From assembly GCA_964432765.1 (NCBI GenBank), contig CAYSOT010000002.1, positions 38,220 through 102,219 of the forward strand: a stretch of DNA of 64,000 nucleotides, given 5' to 3'. Under the pieces are notes generated by a model, which did not search any database, was not told the DNA's origin, and saw only the letters and a program-made list of their open reading frames with translations. Position numbers and translations under genes: made by a program. This document shows positions 19,485-27,249 of the stretch, piece by piece; the stretch's first letter is position 1, and each line of letters begins with the position of its first letter. Source of the DNA: an uncultured Candidatus Saccharibacteria bacterium. Lineage in GTDB: Bacteria; Patescibacteriota; SICC01; CAYSOT01.

Positions 19485-20666
19485 ATGGACGCCCCTGTTA
19501 GTGCCGAAGAACTACAAGCCCTTGAGGGGGGATTTATCGAGGTTGAAGTAGGTACTGTGGCTGAACCGGTTGATGCACCTTCAGAGGGGCATGACGGGGC
19601 AATCGTTTACGACTTTGAAGCTGCCCAGGTAGAGCGTAACAAAGTAGATGAGTCTCCCGAAATAGAAGAGCCCGGTGACTCCGACGATGAGTCGGTCGAA
19701 GAAGAGGTCGACGAGGCTGATCCCGGCCTATTTGACGACCCAGAGCAAGCGTCCCTAGAAGAAGATATTGAAATCGAGATAGAGAGCGCCGAAGCTCCTA
19801 GAGTTCGCCGAAGCCCGCGAGAGCGGTTGAGTCTGGCCGATGTAGTAGTCTCGGAAAACGCCTTGAACGACTTTATGCGTAAACACGGACGCCACCGCAT
19901 CTTAAGTAGAGCGGAAGAGATATCGCTTGCGAGGCGCCGCGACGCTGGAGACACATCAGCAGTTGAAACCCTTTGCGAGTACAACATAAAGCTGCTGGTA
20001 AAAATTGCGCGCACATTCCAGGGTCGCGGATTACCGTTAATCGATCTGGTACAAGAAGGTTCAGCTGGCCTACTGCGCGCCGCGCAAAAATTCGATCCCG
20101 ACAAGGGGTTTAAGTTTTCAACGTACTCCACCTGGTGGATTAAACAGGCAATCGACCGGGCGCTCGATAATACTGGAAGCACAATCCGCGTACCAGTCCA
20201 TCAGCACGAAAAGCTTGCTAGAGCGATGGCCTTTACCGAAGCCTTTAAGGCGCTTCATGGACGTGAACCGAGTGATCAAGAAACCGAGGAGCACTTCAAC
20301 TGGAAGCCGGGCATTCTACGGTCTGCACGAGCTGCTATTGTGTCGCCGGCCTCGCTTGAGCGCCCAATCGGTGATGAAGAGTCTCAAGCCCTAGGCACCA
20401 TTATTCCTGATACGTCAGTCGATGTTGTTGAGGATGTCGTAGAATTATTGCAACACGCACACCTCGATCAGCTGATTTCATCGCTTCCCTACCACGAGCA
20501 AGTCGTCTTGAAATCATACTTTGGTCTACTCGAAACTCAGCCGATGCGTCTCGATGAAATAGCTAAGAAATATGGGATTACCCGCGAGATGACAGCACGG
20601 GTAAGGGATCGCGCGGTCTTTCACTTGGCGGAAGCCGTTAGAGAGCACGATTACCGCTTGCTATAG
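19485..20666 (+). CDS. Divergent RpoD/RpoS-like sigma-70 factor with acidic N-terminus
   Basis: DLVQEG..GLLRAAQKFDPDKGFKFSTYSTWWIKQAI, TIRVPVH, SLERPIG, region 4 HTH (LDEIAKKYGITRE). Confidence 0.93.
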   Translation: MDAPVSAEELQALEGGFIEVEVGTVAEPVDAPSEGHDGAIVYDFEAAQVERNKVDESPEIEEPGDSDDESVEEEVDEADPGLFDDPEQASLEEDIEIEIESAEAPRVRRSPRERLSLADVVVSENALNDFMRKHGRHRILSRAEEISLARRRDAGDTSAVETLCEYNIKLLVKIARTFQGRGLPLIDLVQEGSAGLLRAAQKFDPDKGFKFSTYSTWWIKQAIDRALDNTGSTIRVPVHQHEKLARAMAFTEAFKALHGREPSDQETEEHFNWKPGILRSARAAIVSPASLERPIGDEESQALGTIIPDTSVDVVEDVVELLQHAHLDQLISSLPYHEQVVLKSYFGLLETQPMRLDEIAKKYGITREMTARVRDRAVFHLAEAVREHDYRLL

Positions 20667-20696
20667 CAGTGCGCCACAGGTACGATGGTTCGTCAT

Positions 20697-22478
20697 ATGT
20701 CGAACCAGCCAAGTGAAAATCCTAGGAGTATCGGACACGCGGATGCTGAAATCAAAGCAGCTGTGTCTTTGCCCGAAGAAGAGCAGCGAATCGATCTCGC
20801 ACTGGTTTCTCGCTATGGCGAAGGTGATTTTGCAGCCCTAGAAGTGCTTGCCGAGCGCTACCAAGAGCTTCTAAAGGGCGCTTATCCGGCCATAACTACC
20901 GATGAGGTTCCGCCACAATTTGTGCTTTTTGAGCAAGCTGCCAGGACATACCGCGAAAAGATGGGAATCCCATTCTCTGAATGGGCCCAGCGGGTAGTGA
21001 CGCGCGAAGGAGTAAGTCCTGATACAAACGAACTACCAACCGACGAGGTAAAAAGCCTTGTGGCTGAGCTTGCAGATGTTAATGGGAAACAGAAAATACG
21101 GTATGTGCTGGCTACGCCCCTCGCCGACAAGTTAGCCGCCATGGAGCAAGAGATCATGTGGCGGCCGTATTTTGCGGAAAAACTTCAGGGGCAAGATTGG
21201 TATCAGACTGCGAGCGATTCAGTACAGCGTTCGGCACTGCGTCAGTTTGTACTACGACTTGGTGAAATTAGCCGTATGAGCGCTGTACATCAACCTGACG
21301 GCAAAGTTACCCCGATGCGCACGTTTGATACGACTACAATGGGTCTTGTTTGTGATCAGCTTTTTGAAATTGAGCTGCCAACAATCCAGAAAGAGGCTCT
21401 TGAGAAACCGAGTAATTCTAGACAAAAAGCCTCTTCGACAGCTGTAGAAAAGGGCACTTCGCACGAGCCTGCCTCGATACTCGAAGGAGAAATTCCCGCC
21501 TTAACCCGCAGCGGCGAGAAAATCAAAGAAAAGCTCGCTCAGGTATTGCCCACTATGATTGGTATGTATCAGGAAGGGGGCAATAAGCCGTCCATACACG
21601 ATCTTTTGCGAGTTGATGGCCGGGCACAATACCAGTTTGCCCATCTGGGCATTCTTGAAGCACTTCGGGACTTTGGTGTCTTCTCAGAGAACGAGCTCGC
21701 TGAGCTTTCGGGCAGAAGCACAGGAGATGACGTTGCTAGAGACATAGAGCTTTTTCGAAGGTCCACCGGACACGACGAACGAACGCGTTTCCTGCACTCT
21801 TTTAATTACGAACGCTTGAAGGAGCTTATCGAAGCGGCTTCGCCCGAGCATACAAGGGAGCTGCTTGAGCGATACGGTCAGAAGTACGCGAAAGAACGTC
21901 CCGAACCGTCAATACAAACGATCATATCGCGCAGGAGAGAGCTCGAGCGCAAAGCTCGACGCTCTAAGGGCAAACCAAAAAGAAAGCGGTCAGCGCGCAA
22001 GATGCCACTGCCTGAAGACGAGCCGCTCACAACGATAATCGAGGTTTCTCCTGAATCGCAGCGCTATGCGGAGGTATTTTTGTCGCTCGTCGACGCAGGC
22101 CTTCGATCAACACAGGGACACCCCTCCAATATCGAGAAGGAGGTCATTGCCAATGAGCTTACGCCGCTTCTGGATAGAGTAGTCGGCGTCGAATCCGATT
22201 TAGAAAACGCCCTTGAGAAATCGTTAATACGGACTGCCAGAAAAGAGGTCTCAAAATTCGTCAGGCTCGCTATCCGCATCGAGACATCAATCAACTCGGA
22301 GCTTGCGGCCGCACGGGAAGCGCTTCCGAGTAATTTTACTGGGCTCAGCGAGCCACAGAGACTTCAAGTCTACCGGCTTTTCATACGACACGTTGGACAA
22401 AATATGCGTCGCAGTCCGATTTCGCAACTTGAGCGTCGACAATTTTTTGACGGTGTCGAAAAGCGACTTGCTGCCTAG
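20697..22478 (+). CDS. Hypothetical protein with degenerate sigma region 1.2/2-like N-terminus
   Basis: Long ORF following the sigma gene; N-terminus aligns by eye to sigma region 2; basic patch near aa 415-440. ATG 20685 overlaps a TACGAT box, so 20697 is preferred. Confidence 0.75.
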   Translation: MSNQPSENPRSIGHADAEIKAAVSLPEEEQRIDLALVSRYGEGDFAALEVLAERYQELLKGAYPAITTDEVPPQFVLFEQAARTYREKMGIPFSEWAQRVVTREGVSPDTNELPTDEVKSLVAELADVNGKQKIRYVLATPLADKLAAMEQEIMWRPYFAEKLQGQDWYQTASDSVQRSALRQFVLRLGEISRMSAVHQPDGKVTPMRTFDTTTMGLVCDQLFEIELPTIQKEALEKPSNSRQKASSTAVEKGTSHEPASILEGEIPALTRSGEKIKEKLAQVLPTMIGMYQEGGNKPSIHDLLRVDGRAQYQFAHLGILEALRDFGVFSENELAELSGRSTGDDVARDIELFRRSTGHDERTRFLHSFNYERLKELIEAASPEHTRELLERYGQKYAKERPEPSIQTIISRRRELERKARRSKGKPKRKRSARKMPLPEDEPLTTIIEVSPESQRYAEVFLSLVDAGLRSTQGHPSNIEKEVIANELTPLLDRVVGVESDLENALEKSLIRTARKEVSKFVRLAIRIETSINSELAAAREALPSNFTGLSEPQRLQVYRLFIRHVGQNMRRSPISQLERRQFFDGVEKRLAA

Positions 22479-22565
<87 letters not shown>

Positions 22566-22643
22566 GTGCTGCTAGTTTAGCGCAATGGAGCTCGCGAAAC
22601 AGCAATATTTGCGAGAGGCCACGCAGCTCCGTATCGTGAGTAT

Positions 22644-23141
22644 GTGAAACACAAGGCACAACTAATCACCATCTTTACGATTTCGATCGGCTTAACAGCG
22701 GCTGTGATCTTTGCCGGGTGGAAGTTGAACGAAAACCTCACAGCCACACCACAACAATCAGCTACACCTGCCCCTTCGGCAACCACAGTAGTGGCCAATC
22801 CAATTGAAGCCAGCCAAGACGATTCCCAAAGGCGAATTCATATAACCTCATATCGTGACGCGCTCCAGAAGTACGGCACAGAAGTTGGCGTGTACCCCGT
22901 TTCGGATACGCCCATTCAAATGAAAGCCGATACACTTCCGTTCACTGCTTTAGCGGGAACATATTTGCCAACTTTCTTAGATGACCCCAGATCCTCAGAT
23001 GGAAGATCATATTACTACGTTGCGACCCAGGCAAAATTCGCTATCTGCGCCAACTTGGCCAGCAAACCTGGATCGCGCTTTGTTGGTTCACCGGATGGAA
23101 CACGCGAGGAGCAAGGAAGCGCCAAGACGTGTACACTATAG
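22644..23141 (+). CDS. Pilin/pseudopilin (GspG-like) domain membrane protein
   Basis: TM, S/T/P linker, then DSQRRIHITSYRDALQKY...GVYP...YLPTFLDDP...YYY...FAICANL, resembling pilin globular domains; no G|FTLxE site. Confidence 0.6.
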   Translation: MKHKAQLITIFTISIGLTAAVIFAGWKLNENLTATPQQSATPAPSATTVVANPIEASQDDSQRRIHITSYRDALQKYGTEVGVYPVSDTPIQMKADTLPFTALAGTYLPTFLDDPRSSDGRSYYYVATQAKFAICANLASKPGSRFVGSPDGTREEQGSAKTCTL

Positions 23142-23151
23142 GCAAACAAAA

Positions 23152-24582
23152 ATGGCTGACAATAATACAGACAATTTGAAATTCGACGTGAGTTATTCTG
23201 CTGACAACCAGCCGAATGCTGGCACGAGTGAGGCCGCTGCTTCAAGCACTCAAGCTGAAGCCCCGCCGCAGCCTGCACCTGCAGCAGACACTCCAAATCC
23301 ATCTTCCCAACCAAGCCACGTGCCACCAAGTAACCCATCCCGAACTAGCGGGGCTTTAAAGAAGGTTCTGGGTATTACTGCGATAGCGGCCGCGATTTTC
23401 GTTCTAGGAGGCGCTGCCTACTATTTCTTGGCGCCAAGCCCCGCCCGTGTGATGGCTAAGATGGCTAAGAAGTTCCCTGAAATAAAGTCGGCCCGGTTTG
23501 GGACCGACTATTCTCTGCTAGTAAAAGAAAAAATAGACTGCAGATATAGATCCAGTTCGTCCAGTGCCACTATATCGCTAGCGGCTCAGACTAATCCATC
23601 GGAGGGATCTTCACCGAGCCCGTCCAGCACCTTAAAGTCTCCCGATTGCAACAATAATGAAACCAGTGACTATCAGATTGATGCCAAGACAAACCTTGCC
23701 GTAAACACCCAAGATATTAAAACGCCAAAGCTTGGGGCCTCACTGGACCTAACGGCAAAGATTAACGGTGAATCCTATAGAGCTGCTGGCGAATTACGAA
23801 CGCTTGGTCAGACGGGCTACGGAAAGATAGACCAGATCCCTTCGCTAGGTGACGTAACCAGTGAATTAGAAAAGATTAAAGGGATTTGGATTAAGTTCGA
23901 CCTTGATCAATCAGATTCAAAAGGGGCCTCTCTTTCTCAAGATCAGCTCGATCGTGTTCGAGATGCTATTCGGACCTCTCAAGCCGTTAAGGTTACCAAG
24001 TCTCTCAAGAGTGAGCAGCTCGACGGTCAAGCCATGTATCACTATCAGTTCAGCATTAATAAAGATGCACTTGTCGACACGCTCGCCAAACTTACTGAGG
24101 TCACCGGCGAAAAGCCTTCGGCGGACGATATAAAGAAAGCAAAAGAGGACCTAAAGGACGTAAAGTTCAAAGACGGAGAAATTTGGATTGGAAAAAAAGA
24201 TTTACTACCCCACAAGATATCTCTGGCACTTGAAGCATCAAACGATTCGACAGGATCGCTCAGCTTAACCACCGCTACAACCCTCAAAGACGTTAATAAA
24301 GATGTTTCGGTTACAGCGCCTGAGAAATGGAAAACCGTCGAAGAGGTTGAGCGAATCTTGAGTGATGATGCCGATGGTGACGGCCTGTCCGCCACAGAAG
24401 AAAGAACGTACGGGACAGATCCAAACAAGGCCGACACTGATGGTGATGGTTTTAGCGACGGCGATGAAGTCTCCGGTGGATTCAACCCGAAAGGTCCTGG
24501 AAAATTAATCGATGAAGAGCCGGTTCCGGTAATTGATGACACTCCTTCCGATACGCCGGAAGATACCTATCCAACCCTTTAG
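23152..24582 (+). CDS. Surface protein with TM anchor and C-terminal TSP3-like Ca-binding repeats
   Basis: Disordered N-terminus, TM, beta-rich domain, DADGDGLS..GTDPNKADTDGDGFSDGDEV..GFNP. ATG 23152 preferred (no overlap with upstream gene). Confidence 0.82.
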   Translation: MADNNTDNLKFDVSYSADNQPNAGTSEAAASSTQAEAPPQPAPAADTPNPSSQPSHVPPSNPSRTSGALKKVLGITAIAAAIFVLGGAAYYFLAPSPARVMAKMAKKFPEIKSARFGTDYSLLVKEKIDCRYRSSSSSATISLAAQTNPSEGSSPSPSSTLKSPDCNNNETSDYQIDAKTNLAVNTQDIKTPKLGASLDLTAKINGESYRAAGELRTLGQTGYGKIDQIPSLGDVTSELEKIKGIWIKFDLDQSDSKGASLSQDQLDRVRDAIRTSQAVKVTKSLKSEQLDGQAMYHYQFSINKDALVDTLAKLTEVTGEKPSADDIKKAKEDLKDVKFKDGEIWIGKKDLLPHKISLALEASNDSTGSLSLTTATTLKDVNKDVSVTAPEKWKTVEEVERILSDDADGDGLSATEERTYGTDPNKADTDGDGFSDGDEVSGGFNPKGPGKLIDEEPVPVIDDTPSDTPEDTYPTL

Positions 24583-24658
24583 CTGATTGAGTCAGATATG
24601 CGCCCCCGGTATGCTTAGTGGTGGCAATGCTTAACAATAGCTGGCTTCACCAGCACAC

Positions 24659-24748
24659 GGAGAGGTACCCAAGAGGCTGAAGGGGCGGGATTGCTAATCC
24701 TGTAGGTCGGAGTAATCCGGCGCGAGAGTTCGAATCTCTCCCTCTCCG
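24659..24748 (+). tRNA. tRNA-Ser(GCT)
   Basis: GGAGAGG/CCTCTCC acceptor, CGGGA-TTGCTAA-TCCTG anticodon arm, long variable arm, TTCGAAT loop. Confidence 0.96.
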
Positions 24749-24809
24749 CATGACGCATTCCAGTGCGCTCTAGCGACAACGAGCACGCTAACAATGACAC
24801 CTCCACAGC

Positions 24810-24838
24810 TTGACAAAGCACATAAAAAGTGCTATGTT
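24810..24838 (+). promoter_or_regulatory. Sigma-70 promoter of the 24865-26218 operon
   Basis: TTGACA-17 nt-TATGTT with TG extension; AGCAC-N7-GTGCT inverted repeat in the spacer. Confidence 0.7.
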
Positions 24839-24864
24839 ATGACAATTCTGAAAAACGAAGCGTG

Positions 24865-25407
24865 ATGCCTACTAACCCTGACATAAAGACAGATGAAGTT
24901 CTTGAAGGCGGTGCTGAGCCGATCCTTTCTTGGGAAGCGAAAGAATTTGCCGAATACGCCAGAGACAAGCGGTGGTATACGCTCGTGCTTGGCGGCGGAA
25001 TTCTCCTAACAATCGGGGCAGTCGCACTTGCGCTCTTGAGCAACACGTTGCGAGATGGCCTAAGTTACGGCCTCGTTGCGGCGGTCTTCGCGCTTGGCAC
25101 TTATGTTGTTCTTAAACATGCCGACGATACCCCACGCATGCTGACATACTCTATTTCGAAACTTGGGATAACCGTTGGAGATACGTTTCATCCATACGGT
25201 GAGCTTCGACAATATTGGTTGATTTACAAACCGCCGGTACGAACGCTTCACATCCAGCGGGTTAATCGCTACAAGCCTATCTTGAGAGTCGACATTGCTG
25301 ACGTCGACCCGCTCGCCATCCGCGAAGCACTTAAAAACTACCTACCTGAAGATACAAAGAGAGCTGAGGATTTTCTGGATAGGTTCTCGCGATTCATTAG
25401 GCTTTAG
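24865..25407 (+). CDS. Two-TM hypothetical membrane protein with C-terminal PH-like domain
   Basis: LSWEAKEF..RDKRWY, two TMs, YSISKLGITVG..HPYGELRQYW; start placed downstream of the promoter. Confidence 0.78.
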   Translation: MPTNPDIKTDEVLEGGAEPILSWEAKEFAEYARDKRWYTLVLGGGILLTIGAVALALLSNTLRDGLSYGLVAAVFALGTYVVLKHADDTPRMLTYSISKLGITVGDTFHPYGELRQYWLIYKPPVRTLHIQRVNRYKPILRVDIADVDPLAIREALKNYLPEDTKRAEDFLDRFSRFIRL

Positions 25408-25415
25408 GAGAAACA

Positions 25416-25901
25416 ATGACACACCGCACGCCAGATACCGAACATCCTCTTCCCGAAGGAGCAGATGTCCAACATGCTGAAGCTTTGCGCCCTCGTATAT
25501 CCGAAAGTTTTATCAAGCAAGGCGTACGGCTTGATCAACTTCAGAATGAAGCCGGGTTTGAGAATGGTGTGCGTTTGGCTGCCTCTAGAATACGGCTTGG
25601 CATCGGCAATACAGAGTTTAGAATTCAGCAGCTCAGGCCTCCAGATGTTGAAGAGGCATTTCACCTACAGGTTCCTGAAGGGGTTGCGCTCATTACACAT
25701 GACCCAAAACAAGATGCGTATCAACCAATTACGCCTATTCTCATCCCCTCGGGCGAAAGTATGGTGCTTGGGCGAGAAACCGTTGCTGGCCTAAAAGCAG
25801 ATCCTGAAGTTTCTAGGCAGCATGTCGAGGTTGGCTGCACTGAGGACGGAGAGGTTTGGCTTAAGCATGTCGGCACAACAAATGGCACACGCCTTTCATA
25901 G
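25416..25901 (+). CDS. FHA-domain protein
   Basis: C-terminal VLGRE..VSRQHVEV..VWLKHVGTTNGT (G-R, S-x-x-H and N-G-T FHA signatures); AGGAG RBS. Confidence 0.85.
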   Translation: MTHRTPDTEHPLPEGADVQHAEALRPRISESFIKQGVRLDQLQNEAGFENGVRLAASRIRLGIGNTEFRIQQLRPPDVEEAFHLQVPEGVALITHDPKQDAYQPITPILIPSGESMVLGRETVAGLKADPEVSRQHVEVGCTEDGEVWLKHVGTTNGTRLS

Positions 25902-25909
25902 GAGAAACC

Positions 25910-26218
25910 ATGGCAGCACCTGACGCATTTTCAGAATTTACCCCTCCGGCCGCGGAGGCATCGCGAGGAGCAGAAGGCCCAGCAGACGAGCGTTGGAGCA
26001 ACGTAAACGAAACGCTGGCGTATCTTGAGGCAACCGGAAAACAAGACATAGCTTCGGGTATTCGCAAGGCCGCAGAGCTTCTGGGAGAGGGAAACCCCGA
26101 GCAAGAACTTGGTGCTTTTGAGATTCTTTGCAAAACCATCCCGCAATTTGAGTCCGGCGAGTCAGAGTTGACCCCCAAGGCAGCCGCCGGCGAATCCGAT
26201 GCTGAAGACCTGAAGTAG
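25910..26218 (+). CDS. Small acidic hypothetical protein
   Basis: 102 aa, AGGAG RBS, coupled to the FHA gene. Confidence 0.7.
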   Translation: MAAPDAFSEFTPPAAEASRGAEGPADERWSNVNETLAYLEATGKQDIASGIRKAAELLGEGNPEQELGAFEILCKTIPQFESGESELTPKAAAGESDAEDLK

Positions 26219-26261
26219 CTTCAGACATTTATTCCACGTAAAATAACTAGCGCATCTTGAT

Positions 26262-26334
26262 GCGCCTGTAGCTCAGTGGATAGAGCGTCGGCTTGCGGAG
26301 CCGGAAGTCGAAGGTTCGAATCCTTCCAGGCGCG
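26262..26334 (+). tRNA. tRNA-Arg(GCG)
   Basis: GCGCCTG/CAGGCGC acceptor, TCGGC-TTGCGGA-GCCGG anticodon arm, GAAGG-TTCGAAT-CCTTC T arm. Confidence 0.94.
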
Positions 26335-26378
26335 CAGTACCTACCCTGAAGCAGTCGTGGCTGCGACCCCATAATTAC

Positions 26379-26451
26379 GTCCTCGTAGCTCAGTGGATAG
26401 AGCACTGGCTTCCGGAGCCAGGTGTCGGGGGTTCGAATCCCTCCGAGGACG
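26379..26451 (+). tRNA. tRNA-Arg(CCG)
   Basis: GTCCTCG/CGAGGAC acceptor, CTGGC-TTCCGGA-GCCAG anticodon arm, T arm. Confidence 0.96.
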
Positions 26452-26497
26452 CATGAATAGTGTTTAGCACGGTGCGCAGCTCGGCTATACTTGTGCC

Positions 26498-27148
26498 ATG
26501 AACAAATACTCGCTTTCTATAAGGGCGGCTTATTCTTCTCTCATATTGGGTCTGTTTTCTTTAGTTCTTAGCTTTCTTCTCTGCCCCTCTGAATCCTGCT
26601 CAAACGCCGACGAAGTAATCGTGTTGTCATTTCTGCTGGGCCTTCTGGCAATTTTTGGTCTTGTCGTCGCTGCTATCACGGCGCTCCTAACCGCCCTACC
26701 AGGAACTAATCGTTTTGTCCCTCTTGTATTGTTTGGCCTTGGAATCTTTCTTTTTGTCCTAAAAGTGGTCGATTCATCGATAGCCTGCGAATCTGCACAT
26801 TACACTCTTGGTAGCGGAGGTTGTGCCAATCCCCCAGTACGCGTACATGTTTATGGATGGCTTAGCCTCTTTGCGTTTTTGGGCGGCATATCTTGGCTAT
26901 TTCTATCAAAATTCTGGAAAACGAAGTTTCTTGCGCCCATCATTACTGGATTGACAGGGCTAACGATTCTCCTTGTCAGTATCGGTATTCATGACGACTG
27001 TAAGCACAGAATACGCCCGCTTAGTATGATTTATGAGCCAGAACCTTGCGTACAGGAGCAGCTCGGCAGTATTGGAATAGTTCTTGGGATTGCTCTTTTA
27101 CTAACCTCAGCGCCAACGGCCTTTTTTATCGCACGTTCGGGTAAATGA
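26498..27148 (+). CDS. Six-TM hypothetical protein with three Cys-pair loops
   Basis: Six hydrophobic segments; TATACT-N6-ATG. Confidence 0.72.
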   Translation: MNKYSLSIRAAYSSLILGLFSLVLSFLLCPSESCSNADEVIVLSFLLGLLAIFGLVVAAITALLTALPGTNRFVPLVLFGLGIFLFVLKVVDSSIACESAHYTLGSGGCANPPVRVHVYGWLSLFAFLGGISWLFLSKFWKTKFLAPIITGLTGLTILLVSIGIHDDCKHRIRPLSMIYEPEPCVQEQLGSIGIVLGIALLLTSAPTAFFIARSGK

Positions 27149-27249
27149 TTTTTCACACGGCACATACGCAGCAGTAGGAAACGTCAAATACAAAGTTAGA
27201 TCGGTCGCCTATAACTGTAAATATCGCTATACTAAGCGGTTACTTATTT

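Noticed and set aside
19607-20182. 191-aa antisense ORF, and similar ones such as 24045-24542 and 11213-11701
   Set aside because: Ser-rich shadows opposite well-supported genes; no motifs or start signals.
24814-24836. AGCAC..GTGCT repeat as a CIRCE element
   Set aside because: CIRCE is TTAGCACTC-N9-GAGTGCTAA; spacing and flanks do not match and no chaperone gene follows.
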